Notes: a model not told the origin generated them from the sequence alone. Shown: positions 1 to 9,391, counted from the first letter of the stretch. The stretch: DNA of 64,000 nucleotides from Candidatus Gottesmanbacteria bacterium (GCA_016195685.1 JACPZE010000010.1:16751-80750), one strand, 5' to 3'. Numbers and translations are program-made.

Positions 1-1
1 A

Positions 2-631
2 GTCAATATGGGCGGAGGTTTATTTCTTCGGGATGGCGGTTTATTCGTCAGGAAATATCCTCATATATCCGATGATATCATGAATTTTCAGATTCGTACG
101 GAAGGGCATCCATCATATGGGGGAATGTCAGGAAGGGACATAATGACTCATTCGGAAGGATTAAAAACGATAATGAAGAAGGAGTATTTGGACTTTAGGA
201 TTTTACAGGTTGTACGTTTTGGAAAGAGCATGCACGAAATGGGTATACCAGTTATTATGCCTATTGGCGGACATGCCGTATACATAGATATGAATAAATT
301 CTTCAAAGGAACAAAAATAAAACCGGAAGATTTCGGCGGAATTTCTTTTACCGCAATGCTTTTATCACTTTATGGTCACAGAGCATGCGAATTAGGTTAT
401 TATGCATTTGGAAAATACGATCCGACAAAGAAGAAGGAAATCTTTCCAGAAATCAATTTTGTCAGGCTTGCCGTTCCTAGACTTAGATACGAAACTGATG
501 ACTTACAATCTGCCGCGGAAGCAGTATTTAATATTTATAAAAATAAGGATGAAATTCCACCGGTTGAAGTAATTTATGGTCGTGAGTTGCCGTTGAGGCA
601 TTTCAAGTCAAGATTCAGATTTAAAGACTAA
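2..631 (+). CDS. Tryptophanase / beta-eliminating lyase family, C-terminal ~210 aa; 5' end lies outside the window
   Basis: Reading frame is open to position 2. Translation aligns to the TnaA C-terminus: GGHAVYID, RLAVPRLRYE and ELPLRHFKSRF resemble GGHAAFVDA, RLTIPRATYT and KVLRHFTAKL. Confidence 0.7.
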   Translation, partial: VNMGGGLFLRDGGLFVRKYPHISDDIMNFQIRTEGHPSYGGMSGRDIMTHSEGLKTIMKKEYLDFRILQVVRFGKSMHEMGIPVIMPIGGHAVYIDMNKFFKGTKIKPEDFGGISFTAMLLSLYGHRACELGYYAFGKYDPTKKKEIFPEINFVRLAVPRLRYETDDLQSAAEAVFNIYKNKDEIPPVEVIYGRELPLRHFKSRFRFKD

Positions 632-663
632 ATTCGAGTTCTTTACGTTGATTGATTTTATTA

Positions 664-2478
664 TTATGCTACTAAATCAAATTCCTGCAGCTTTTTAGCC
701 TTTTCTTCTTCTGGAAGTTTGGTAAGTTGTTGTTGAAGCATGACAAGTTGAGCATACAGCCCAGTTTTATCTTTTAAAAGTTCGGCTGATGTGCCGTATT
801 GGGATACCCTTCCTTTTTCAAGAACTAATATATGATCCGCTCCAGATATAGTAGATAGCCTGTGGGCAATAATGATAGACGTACGGTTTTGTAAAAGTCT
901 ATCCAAACCTTTTTGCACTTGTATTTCTGACTTACTATCCAAAGATGATGTGGCCTCATCCAATATTATTACCGGAGCATTTTTGAGTATTGCCCTTGCT
1001 ATAGCTACCCGCTGTTTTTGTCCTCCGGATAATTTTACCCCTCTTTCGCCGATTAGACTCTCGTATTTATCAGGGAGTTCTTCTATAAATTCATGGGCAT
1101 TAGCTGCTTTGGCTGCGTCAACTATTTCTTCTTTCGTAGCTGTTGGTTTGCCGTACCGGATATTTTCCATGATTGATCCTGAGAAAAGGAGCGATTCCTG
1201 AAAAACTACTGCAATATTATCATGCAGAGATCGTTGAGTGACCCCTGCAATATTTTGGTTATTTATAAGTATTTCACCTTTTTGCGGTTCATAATAACGA
1301 AGAAGTAGATTGACGATGGTTGATTTTCCCTGTCCGCTTTCACCGACCAAAGCCAGTTTTTCAAATGGGGATACTTTCAAACTTATATCTTTCAAAACAT
1401 ATTTTCCTTTATCATATTCAAAAGAGATATTTTGAAATTCAATTAAAGGTTTTTGCACTTTTGGGAGTTTGGGAATAGATAAAGATTTTGCACCTGGGCG
1501 ATCCAATATTTTATTATTTGTTCCCAGTACCTTGAAGAAATCAGCCGATCCGGCACCCGCTTGTTGTATTTGCCCAAGGATAAAAGACATTGCAAAAAGG
1601 GGGAACCGAGCCTGATTTACAAGCTGTAGAAGTAAAGTCATCTCTCCTAAGGTAAATCTGCGGTTGTAAGTCCAATAAACTATGTAGGTAAAGATAGAAA
1701 ACAGTATGATATTTAGGCACAACCGCCTGGTGAAATCATAAAAATGCCACTCTTTTGTTTGTGCAATTGCAAGTGACTCAATTTTTTTCCTAGTCTGTAG
1801 GAAAGAGGTCAACTCATGCATCTCAGCTACAAAGGCCTTGACAACTCGGATACCAAGCAAACTTTCAAACACCCTGCCTTGCGAAAGGTCATTAAGCGTG
1901 TTTTTTTCCGCCTCGTATTTTCCCCAAGCTTGAGTTGATTTATGAGAAATTACGATATAGGCTGGAAAAAGTAGAGCAAGAAATATACTGATGAAAAAAG
2001 AGTAATGGGCAAGAAGAATGATTGTGATTAGTGCTGTCAGGAAAAAAGGGAGAAAATTATTAAACATGCTTTGGATAAATTCTGTGATACTGGTTATTCC
2101 CCTGTACATTTTGTTGATTATCTTACCTGTAATTTCATTATCATAAAATCCAATATTTAAACTCAGTACGTGGTTATAGAATTTTTGAGAAAGATAGGTT
2201 TGTAGTTTTACAGAAAGCATATCTCCAATCCACTGACTAAAAGCAGTTAATATTGTTATGAAAATGTCAGAAACAATTATTATCGCCAGAAAGAAAAAAA
2301 ACCTTGAAAAATCAGCAGATTTTCCGGAGATTTGAGACACGATCAAGTCCACAATTTGTTTACTAAGTATAGGACTGACTAGAGAAAGAAGTGATGTGAG
2401 TACAACAAAAGAAGCCATGAATATATACCACTTCCATAAGTGTTTTGTGAACGATATAATTTTAAAAATTGACTGCAT
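664..2478 (-). CDS. ABC transporter, fused permease/ATP-binding exporter (MsbA-like)
   Basis: N-terminal 6-TM domain. Walker A GESGQGKST, ABC signature LSGGQKQRVAIARA and Walker B IILDEATSSLD are present. Confidence 0.9.
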   Translation of the reverse strand: MQSIFKIISFTKHLWKWYIFMASFVVLTSLLSLVSPILSKQIVDLIVSQISGKSADFSRFFFFLAIIIVSDIFITILTAFSQWIGDMLSVKLQTYLSQKFYNHVLSLNIGFYDNEITGKIINKMYRGITSITEFIQSMFNNFLPFFLTALITIILLAHYSFFISIFLALLFPAYIVISHKSTQAWGKYEAEKNTLNDLSQGRVFESLLGIRVVKAFVAEMHELTSFLQTRKKIESLAIAQTKEWHFYDFTRRLCLNIILFSIFTYIVYWTYNRRFTLGEMTLLLQLVNQARFPLFAMSFILGQIQQAGAGSADFFKVLGTNNKILDRPGAKSLSIPKLPKVQKPLIEFQNISFEYDKGKYVLKDISLKVSPFEKLALVGESGQGKSTIVNLLLRYYEPQKGEILINNQNIAGVTQRSLHDNIAVVFQESLLFSGSIMENIRYGKPTATKEEIVDAAKAANAHEFIEELPDKYESLIGERGVKLSGGQKQRVAIARAILKNAPVIILDEATSSLDSKSEIQVQKGLDRLLQNRTSIIIAHRLSTISGADHILVLEKGRVSQYGTSAELLKDKTGLYAQLVMLQQQLTKLPEEEKAKKLQEFDLVA

Positions 2479-2507
2479 AAAAACTTATCCTGTATTATAT
2501 CTCTTAA

Positions 2508-3446
2508 TTGGCTTTTCGTGTAAATGACAATTTTTACCCTCTTGATAAAGAAAAAAATTTTGTTAATATAAATTATATGAGTGAAGAAACTGCCAAAAAT
2601 GGAGATGAGTTAAATATTCCGCAGAATAAATTCTTTTGGATTTTTGGAGGTATTATTTTACTTATTGCTGCATGGTTTGGCTACAAAGCGCTTATTTCCT
2701 CGGTCGAAGATTATAAAGTGACATTAGTTGATGCTCCAAAACAGGTAGATTCCGGATCAATTGCCACTTTTACTTGGCGGGTAGACGGGCCACCAACCAC
2801 AATCAACCACACCTCGGTACATATGGGTCTGACTTCAAATCCTGGTGATTTGACTAAGGAAGTCAAACCGGCAGATACCAAATATACAGATATGATTACA
2901 GATTTTGCCAACGGTAAATATAATATTCCTCTCCAATTCGTTGGAAATACAAAGATGGGGAAAGTAGGCAAATATTATTACAGAGTACATGCTTTGGTAA
3001 ATGACAAGAATTATTGGAGTGATGAGGCTAGTTTTGACGTGGTGAAGGGTATGACAAGTACAACGAGCGGTGATTACAAAATTTCAGTACTTTATCCGCC
3101 CAAATCCGTTACCTTGCCTGTTTTGCCCAAAGATGAAAAAGAAGCAACAATGGGAGGGACAGTGACTTTTACATGGCGTATCGATGGGCCGCCAACCGCT
3201 ATTAACAATACGACAGTTTATTACGGATTGACTTCCAGTCCTGGAACATTTAACCGTGATGTAAAACCATCAGACACAAAATACGCAGATTTTGTGAAAG
3301 ACTTCATAAACGGTAAATTTGATATACCATTACAATTTGTAGGAAACACAAAGATTACAGATCCGGGTACATATTATTATCGGGTCTATGCTCTTATAAA
3401 CGGGAAAGATTATTGGTCAGCAGAGTCCAGTTTCACCGCAAAATAA
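2508..3446 (+). CDS. Membrane-anchored hypothetical protein with an internally duplicated ~95-aa domain
   Basis: N-terminal TM helix. Two near-identical repeats TFTWR(V/I)DGPPT.IN.T.V..GLTS.PG...VKP.DTKY.D...F.NGK..IPLQFVGNTK...YYYRV.AL.N.K.YWS.E.SF. Start may be the internal Met at 2574. Confidence 0.6.
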   Translation: MAFRVNDNFYPLDKEKNFVNINYMSEETAKNGDELNIPQNKFFWIFGGIILLIAAWFGYKALISSVEDYKVTLVDAPKQVDSGSIATFTWRVDGPPTTINHTSVHMGLTSNPGDLTKEVKPADTKYTDMITDFANGKYNIPLQFVGNTKMGKVGKYYYRVHALVNDKNYWSDEASFDVVKGMTSTTSGDYKISVLYPPKSVTLPVLPKDEKEATMGGTVTFTWRIDGPPTAINNTTVYYGLTSSPGTFNRDVKPSDTKYADFVKDFINGKFDIPLQFVGNTKITDPGTYYYRVYALINGKDYWSAESSFTAK

Positions 3447-3563
3447 TCAACAGTTTTTCGATTTTTCTTCTTGACTTAGACTCCAAAAAAGAATAAAAAT
3501 AAATGTGATTTATAGCACATCGTCTCAAGGTTTACCCTGAGTGAAGCGAAGGGAGGTGAATAT

Positions 3564-3935
3564 ATGTTAAACCTAAATTCTATTATAATATTTTCCGAAA
3601 ACCCAAAAGTTTTAGTAGATTTTTACAAAAAAGTACTGCAAAAAGATCCAGGGTGGACAGGTGGAGAATTTGTCGGATGGCAAGCAGGTAGTGGTTATTT
3701 GACAATCGGTCCTCATAGTAAAGTACACGGTAAAAGTACTAATCCTGAGAGATTAATGTTTTTCTTTGAAACGAAAGATGTTGCCGGTGAGTTTACTAGG
3801 TTAAAAGGATTAGGAGCAACAGTAGTGGCAGAACCTTACCAACCCGGAGAGGAACCCAAGATGTGGTTGGCAACATTAGCTGATCCGGATGGAAATTATT
3901 TTCAACTCGTAACACCAATGAAAATGGTTAATTAA
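3564..3935 (+). CDS. VOC/glyoxalase-bleomycin resistance family protein
   Basis: 123-aa small protein with a glyoxalase-like fold pattern. Strong SD GGGAGGTG precedes the ATG. Confidence 0.65.
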   Translation: MLNLNSIIIFSENPKVLVDFYKKVLQKDPGWTGGEFVGWQAGSGYLTIGPHSKVHGKSTNPERLMFFFETKDVAGEFTRLKGLGATVVAEPYQPGEEPKMWLATLADPDGNYFQLVTPMKMVN

Positions 3936-3950
3936 TTGATAGCAAATAAG

Positions 3951-3982
3951 CCCACATAGATATTATTATTTATGTGGGTTTA
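3951..3982 (+). terminator. Intrinsic terminator after the VOC gene
   Basis: 8-bp stem CCCACATA/TATGTGGG followed by TTT. Confidence 0.5.
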
Positions 3983-4003
3983 TAGTTGTAGTAAGATATA
4001 AAG

Positions 4004-4942
4004 ATGAATATTCGTCATAGTTTGTATAAAAAGAATAAGGGAATTGTTTTTCTAAGTTTAGGTCTAATGGTGGTTGTTTTATTGATAGTAAGTTATACTT
4101 ATTTTCCGAAAAAAAATGATAATAAATCAGTTTCTGGAATATCTCAGGTTAGAAAATCTAACAGCACTATTTTAGGCTTGCAACAAGTTGAAAACGTTAC
4201 TTCTGGCAATACTCAAAATTCTTCTGTCAATGTTGCTAGTATTTCACCAACAATTACAACAGAAGTTAATCCTTCAGGTTTCTGTCTTTTTGTGCCTGTA
4301 CTTTTATATCATCATATAGAACCTATTGCACAGGCCAAGTCAGAAGGGCATGCTCAATTAACAGTAGATGCAAATATTTTTGACAGCCAAATGAAGTATC
4401 TTAAAGATAATGGTTATAAAAGTATAAGCGCTGAAGAATTAGTTAATGCTATTATTAGTCATCATAATTTAGGGAAAACAGTCGTAGTCACTTTAGATGA
4501 TGGTTATAATGACGCTTACAATTTTGCTTTTCCGATTGCCAAGAAATATGGAATCATATTAAATCTTATGATACCGACAGGACTTTTAGAAAACAAAGGT
4601 TATATGAATTGGGGACAACTAAAAGAAATGGTTCATTCCGGGCAAGCACAAGCATATGATCATACTTGGTCGCATTTTTCTCTACCTAAAGGTGATGATG
4701 CCAAAATTCAGATGGAAATTATGACAGCGAAAAACCAACTGGAACAGAATTTAGGTAAAACCGCAAAAATACTTACCTATCCTTATGGTACAACCAGTCA
4801 GAAAGTTATAACCGCTTTACAAAAAAACGGTTTCATAGCGGCTTTTTCTACGTTACCATCATTTTATCAATGTGATAGCTTTCTATTTAATTTGAAAAGG
4901 AACCGTATTGGCAATGCGTCTCTTTCCGCATATGGTTTGTAA
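4004..4942 (+). CDS. Polysaccharide deacetylase (NodB homology domain), membrane-anchored
   Basis: N-terminal TM. TLDDGYND (TFDDG-type) motif and DHTWSH His motif. Confidence 0.85.
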   Translation: MNIRHSLYKKNKGIVFLSLGLMVVVLLIVSYTYFPKKNDNKSVSGISQVRKSNSTILGLQQVENVTSGNTQNSSVNVASISPTITTEVNPSGFCLFVPVLLYHHIEPIAQAKSEGHAQLTVDANIFDSQMKYLKDNGYKSISAEELVNAIISHHNLGKTVVVTLDDGYNDAYNFAFPIAKKYGIILNLMIPTGLLENKGYMNWGQLKEMVHSGQAQAYDHTWSHFSLPKGDDAKIQMEIMTAKNQLEQNLGKTAKILTYPYGTTSQKVITALQKNGFIAAFSTLPSFYQCDSFLFNLKRNRIGNASLSAYGL

Positions 4943-4952
4943 GGAGAAGTGG

Positions 4953-5180
4953 TTAGTGTTTTTTTCTATTTCTCGTATTTTGACTGCGTCGTTTGAGGGA
5001 ATTAGCCTTGATTATATCCAATCTGTCCTTTTTCTTTTTCAAATCTTCATCCACGATTTTCTGACATTTTTTGTCAGGACAGACGAAATTGGAGAAAGTA
5101 ATGTTTCCTTCACGCCAAGTTTTAGCGATTATTCTAGACTTACCACAACGGATACAAAGATTAGTGGGATGAATATTCAA
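4953..5180 (-). CDS. Small zinc-ribbon protein with Lys/Arg-rich tail (hypothetical)
   Basis: CIRCG...CPDKKC Cys pairs and a basic C-terminus. Convergent with the deacetylase gene. An alternative plus-strand ORF 4908-5222 looks compositionally random. Confidence 0.4.
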   Translation of the reverse strand: MNIHPTNLCIRCGKSRIIAKTWREGNITFSNFVCPDKKCQKIVDEDLKKKKDRLDIIKANSLKRRSQNTRNRKKH

Positions 5181-5355
5181 GGCTTATATTATACCATAAA
5201 AGAACAAACTATTGTACTTTAAACGATGATATGTTAAGATCTATATCAGATAAATTGGATTTACAATTCATAGATTTTTGATAAAATCCCCTTTTTATCC
5301 TTCATCTATCTACTGTAATTCCTTCTGTTAAAAATATTTGTAAAGGAGTATTTAT

Positions 5356-5721
5356 ATGGCAAAAAATTTATTCGTAGGAAGTCTACCTTACTCAGTAACA
5401 GATGATACTTTGGGACAACTTTTTGCCCAGGTTGGTCAAGTACAGTCTGTGAATGTCATAAAAGACAAATACTCTGGTAACAGCAGAGGTTTTGGTTTTG
5501 TAGAAATGGTAAATGATGAAGATGCCCAAAAAGCGATAGAAAAATTTAACAATTACAACCTCGAAGGAAGAAATATTATAGTGAAAGAAGCTTTACCGAA
5601 ACCTACATATACCAACGGTAGAGGTGGAGGCGGAAGGCCAGGCGGCGGGAGAGGCGGCTTTCAAAGGGGTGGATTTGGTGGGCGAGGTAGCGGTGGGGGC
5701 GGTAGAGATTTCAGAAGATAA
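5356..5721 (+). CDS. RRM-domain glycine-rich RNA-binding protein
   Basis: RNP-2 LFVGSL and RNP-1 RGFGFVEM motifs. C-terminal RGG/GGR repeats. SD AAAGGAG. Confidence 0.9.
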   Translation: MAKNLFVGSLPYSVTDDTLGQLFAQVGQVQSVNVIKDKYSGNSRGFGFVEMVNDEDAQKAIEKFNNYNLEGRNIIVKEALPKPTYTNGRGGGGRPGGGRGGFQRGGFGGRGSGGGGRDFRR

Positions 5722-5742
5722 ATTACTTTATTTGACAAGAGT

Positions 5743-5751
5743 TGGTATAAT
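5743..5751 (+). promoter_or_regulatory. Extended -10 element (TGGTATAAT)
   Basis: TGnTATAAT match sits 9 bp after a TTGACA that is too close to act as a -35. It would start transcription near 5758. Confidence 0.3.
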
Positions 5752-5757
5752 TAAATA

Positions 5758-5972
5758 CATTAAAATTTAAATACAAGCGTTGCCCCGCCTTATCCGGCGA
5801 GGGTAGGACTGGAGTCACGATCCAGAAGCTGTCCCGCAAAACGGGAACGGAAGTTGAACCGTAAAATCCAACAGTCGGTGTCATCCCGCAAAGCGGGATA
5901 GAGCCGACCCCAAGAGTTTAGAAGAGAAATTCTTCTAAGAATAAGGATGGGACCGCGGGAGGTCCTTTTTTG
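5758..5972 (+). ncRNA. Candidate structured small RNA (family not recognised)
   Basis: GC-rich island in an AT-rich genome with no ORF. Two similar hairpins with C-A-A-A-R loops (TCCCGCAAAACGGGA / ATCCCGCAAAGCGGGAT). Additional hairpins CTGGA..TCCAG and TAGAAGA..TCTTCTA. Ends in the terminator GGACC..GGTCC + T6. Confidence 0.3.
5949..5972 (+). terminator. Intrinsic terminator
   Basis: GGACC-GCGGGA-GGTCC hairpin followed by TTTTTT. Confidence 0.6.
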
Positions 5973-6032
5973 TAACCTCTCGTTCCTTGTTTATCACAGA
6001 TTTGTGATGGATAAGTAACGGGAGGTTTTTTT

Positions 6033-6105
6033 GGTGGCATTAGCTCAACGGTAGAGCACTTGCTTGTGGAGCAAGCTGTTGTCGGTTCGAATCCGGTATG
6101 TCACC
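6033..6105 (+). tRNA. tRNA-His (anticodon GTG)
   Basis: Cloverleaf with the extra G-1 paired to C73, the tRNA-His hallmark. Anticodon loop TTGTGGA. T-loop GTTCGAATC. Close to E. coli tRNA-His (GGUGGCUAUAGCUCAG...). CCA is not encoded. Confidence 0.9.
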
Positions 6106-6154
6106 CAAAATAATTTTGAGTTATTAGTTTTTAGCTATTGGTTATAAAAAAACT

Positions 6155-7030
6155 ATGAACGGATTAAATAATGGAAATCTAAAGTTAGCGATACAAAAAG
6201 AAGGGCGTTTAACCGGCGAAACGCTTGATTTCTTGTGGAAAAGCGGATTGGAATTTGAAGCTTCGAAACAAAAACTGTTTAGTAACTGCAGAAATTTCCC
6301 TATTGAAATCCTATATCTTCGTGATAATGATATACCAAAATACGTTGAGGAGGGAATAGTTGATCTTGGAATTATTGGCCAAAATTTATTATACGAAAAA
6401 CGTCCACAAGTGAAGAAACTTTTGAATCTGCGATTTGGTTTTTGTTCATTAGTAATTGCAGTGCCGGATGACTCGCCAATTAAGAAAATCCAAGACTTGA
6501 AATATTCAAAAATTGCCACGTCTTATCCTCTTTCTTCCAAGAAATTCTTTAAAGAAAGAAATATCCAAGTTGAACTTGTTGAAATAAGCGGTTCAGCAGA
6601 AATTTCTCCGGCTTTAGGAGTAGCTCAAGCGATAGTTGACCTTTCTTCGACCGGAAGCACTCTACTTTTAAATGAGCTTCGTATGGTTGAGAAAGTTTAT
6701 GATTCTGAAGCAGTATTTATCGCAAATAAACAACTCTTTACTCAAAGGAAAAAACAATTTTTGGAAAAATTATTGTTACGTTTCAAAGGTGTTCTTTCAG
6801 CAAAAAACTATAAATATGTGATGATGAATGCTCCGGAAAATATTTTGCCTGAAATTAAAAAAATTGTTCCAGGACTCAAATCCCCGACAATTGCACCATT
6901 GGTAAAAGTTGGATGGATTTCGATCCAAACTGTAATAAAAGAAGATATATTTTGGGAAACAATAGAAAAATTAAAAAAAATTGGAGCTTCAGGAATTATC
7001 GTATTGCCAATCGAAAAAATAATTACCTGA
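6155..7030 (+). CDS. hisG: ATP phosphoribosyltransferase, long form
   Basis: N-terminus LKLAIQKEGRLTGETLDFL. 291 aa including the C-terminal regulatory domain. Confidence 0.9.
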   Translation: MNGLNNGNLKLAIQKEGRLTGETLDFLWKSGLEFEASKQKLFSNCRNFPIEILYLRDNDIPKYVEEGIVDLGIIGQNLLYEKRPQVKKLLNLRFGFCSLVIAVPDDSPIKKIQDLKYSKIATSYPLSSKKFFKERNIQVELVEISGSAEISPALGVAQAIVDLSSTGSTLLLNELRMVEKVYDSEAVFIANKQLFTQRKKQFLEKLLLRFKGVLSAKNYKYVMMNAPENILPEIKKIVPGLKSPTIAPLVKVGWISIQTVIKEDIFWETIEKLKKIGASGIIVLPIEKIIT

Positions 7031-7040
7031 GGAATCATAT

Positions 7041-8333
7041 ATGAAAATTATTAATCTCAAAGATTTAACATCAAACGCTTATACCAGAATTATTCAAAGA
7101 TCTTTTGGATTCAATGAAGAGATTATGCCTAAGGTATTGGAAATTATGGAGTCGGTAAGAAGTGACGGAGATAAAGTTATACTTTCAAAGTATCAAAAAA
7201 GATATGGTGCGGGAAATTACGTTTCGATACAGGTAACAAATAGCGAAATAAAAAAAGCTTATGAAAAGACAGATAAAAAAGTGATTAATGCTCTTAAGCA
7301 AATGATTCAAAATATTACTGCCGTACACAAAGTACAGTTGCCTCGCAGGATTGATACAGTTGTACAATCGGAAAAAGGAATAACTGTATGGAGGGAATGG
7401 CGTGCTATTGAAAGAGTAGGTTTATATATTCCAGGAGGAAAAGCGATATACCCATCATCGGTTCTAATGAGTGCAATCCCAGCTCAAATTTCTGGTTGTC
7501 GCGAAATAATTATGTGTTCTCCTCTACAGCAAGATGGTCAAATACCCGAAGCGACGTTAGTTGCAGCTTATATGATCGGACTAACTAAAATATACAAAGT
7601 CGGAGGAGTAGAAGCTATTGCAGCGATGGTTTACGGTACAAAAACCATTCCTTCTGTTTACAAAATTTTTGGTGCCGGGAATTCTTACGTGACTGCAGCA
7701 AAACTAGTTGCACAAAAAAAAATTTCCATAGATATGCCGGCGGGACCGTCAGAGATTTTTATAATTGCAGATGAGAGTGCAAATCCTGCTTTTATTGCAG
7801 CAGATCTTTTGGCAGATGGCGAGCATGGTGAAGATTCTGCGTGTGTATTGATAACAACTTCAAGAAAATTAGCGCAGCAAACAATAAAAGAAATTCAAAA
7901 ACAGTTACCAAAACTTTCAACTGCATCAAGAGCAAGAGAATCTATTAAACAGTATGGATTATTTGCCATTGTTGACTCACTTGATGAAGCGGTGGATTTT
8001 ACAAATGAATATGCTCCTGAACATTTGGAAATTATGACTAAGAATCCCGAGGCAATTGCAGAAAAAATACAAAATGCGGGATCGGTATTTTTAGGTGACT
8101 GGACTACAAAATCAGCAGGGGATTACGCAAACGGAGCAAATCATGTATTGCCCACAGGTGGTATGGCAAAAATGTATCCACCACTTGGTGTAGATGCATA
8201 TGGTAAGTGGATGCAAATACAAAAATGTACAAAGCAAGGATTATCAACTATTAGAAATACTATAGAGGTTATCGCGGATGTGGAACAATTACCTGCACAC
8301 AAAAATGCAACGAGTATAAGGTTTAAAAACTAA
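7041..8333 (+). CDS. hisD: Histidinol dehydrogenase
   Basis: 430 aa. PAGPSEIFIIADESANP and LADGEHGEDS motifs. Confidence 0.93.
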   Translation: MKIINLKDLTSNAYTRIIQRSFGFNEEIMPKVLEIMESVRSDGDKVILSKYQKRYGAGNYVSIQVTNSEIKKAYEKTDKKVINALKQMIQNITAVHKVQLPRRIDTVVQSEKGITVWREWRAIERVGLYIPGGKAIYPSSVLMSAIPAQISGCREIIMCSPLQQDGQIPEATLVAAYMIGLTKIYKVGGVEAIAAMVYGTKTIPSVYKIFGAGNSYVTAAKLVAQKKISIDMPAGPSEIFIIADESANPAFIAADLLADGEHGEDSACVLITTSRKLAQQTIKEIQKQLPKLSTASRARESIKQYGLFAIVDSLDEAVDFTNEYAPEHLEIMTKNPEAIAEKIQNAGSVFLGDWTTKSAGDYANGANHVLPTGGMAKMYPPLGVDAYGKWMQIQKCTKQGLSTIRNTIEVIADVEQLPAHKNATSIRFKN

Positions 8334-8335
8334 TC

Positions 8336-9391
8336 ATGAAAAAAACACTACAAAGAAAAAATATTATCACATTAGAACCATATACTTCTGCTCGGGATTT
8401 ATACAAGAGCGGTATATTTATGGACGCCAATGAAAACTACGAGCAATGGATAAGCATAGATTGGGAAGGAATCGCCAGTCTCAACCGGTATCCGGACTCA
8501 ACGTGTGATCAATTACGGGAAAAATTAGTCAAAAAATATGTACGAGGATTTACAAAAGAAAATATTTTTGTCGGTTGCGGAAGCGATGAGATTATAAATC
8601 TTCTTATAGCTGGTTTTGTAGAGGATGATGAATCAATTATGGTGATGGATCCTTCTTACTCTTTTTATGAGGTTCAGGCGAGTATAAAAAATATTCAAAC
8701 GAAAAGAATACTTTTGCGGGAAGATTTCTCAATTGATATAGGAAAAATTCAAAAAAACATAAGTACCGTTAAAATTATTTTCCTTTGTTCACCAAATAAT
8801 CCAACTGGGAACCTGATTACCAAAAAAGAAATACAGATGATTGCAAAGTTTTTTAAAGGTATCATCGTTGTCGATGAAGCATACATAGAATTTGCGGACT
8901 TAGGAAATTCGATGATCGATTCAGTAAGTGAAAAGTCTAATATTATCATTTTAAGAACATTTTCTAAAGCATGGGGACTGGCTGGAATTCGCGTAGGCTA
9001 TGCAATTGGATCAAAATCTATTATTGATGTACTCTTTAAAATAAAAGAATCTTACAATGTTCCAAGTGTCTCTCAAAATATTGCCATACAGGCATTAGAT
9101 GAAATCGAAAAATTAAAGAAAAAAATTGTGGAGATGAAAAAGTTAAAGGAACAATTATTGAAAGGTTTTTCTAACCTTGGATTGGAAGCGTCTGACACGT
9201 CAGCAAATTTTATTCTCGTTAAAATACCAAACGCAAAAAAGATATATAAAAATCTAGCAGATCAAAAAGTGATAATTCGTGATAGAAGTAACCTGCCGCT
9301 TTTACAAAATACACTTCGAGTAACCATTGGTTCAAAAGAGCAAGACGAAAAATTGATTAGTATCTTGAGGAAAGTACTTTATGAAAATTAA
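8336..9391 (+). CDS. hisC: Histidinol-phosphate aminotransferase
   Basis: Class II aminotransferase. TFSKAWGLAGIRVGY PLP-lysine motif. Confidence 0.9.
   Translation: MKKTLQRKNIITLEPYTSARDLYKSGIFMDANENYEQWISIDWEGIASLNRYPDSTCDQLREKLVKKYVRGFTKENIFVGCGSDEIINLLIAGFVEDDESIMVMDPSYSFYEVQASIKNIQTKRILLREDFSIDIGKIQKNISTVKIIFLCSPNNPTGNLITKKEIQMIAKFFKGIIVVDEAYIEFADLGNSMIDSVSEKSNIIILRTFSKAWGLAGIRVGYAIGSKSIIDVLFKIKESYNVPSVSQNIAIQALDEIEKLKKKIVEMKKLKEQLLKGFSNLGLEASDTSANFILVKIPNAKKIYKNLADQKVIIRDRSNLPLLQNTLRVTIGSKEQDEKLISILRKVLYEN

Noticed and set aside
872-1201. Assorted short ORFs antisense to confident genes (e.g. 872-1201, 2711-2971, 10492-10710, 17715-17963, 28535-28925, 49552-50088, 59179-59970)
   Set aside because: Each is fully embedded in a well-supported CDS on the other strand and has low-complexity or random composition. 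Typical AT-rich shadow ORFs.
4908-5222. Plus-strand 104-aa ORF overlapping the small zinc-ribbon ORF
   Set aside because: It is hydrophobic with random-looking composition and has no SD. The antisense ORF has paired Cys motifs and a basic tail, so the plus ORF is treated as spurious.
5732-5751. TTGACA followed by TATAAT as a canonical sigma70 promoter
   Set aside because: Spacer is only 8 bp, so the pair cannot work together. Only the extended -10 (TGGTATAAT) is retained as a possible promoter.
6008-6023. Palindrome ATCACAGATTTGTGAT as a CRP/FNR-type site
   Set aside because: Half-site order is TCACA...TGTGA with a 4-5 bp gap, the inverse of the CRP TGTGA-N6-TCACA arrangement. Kept only as an unexplained palindrome inside a hairpin.
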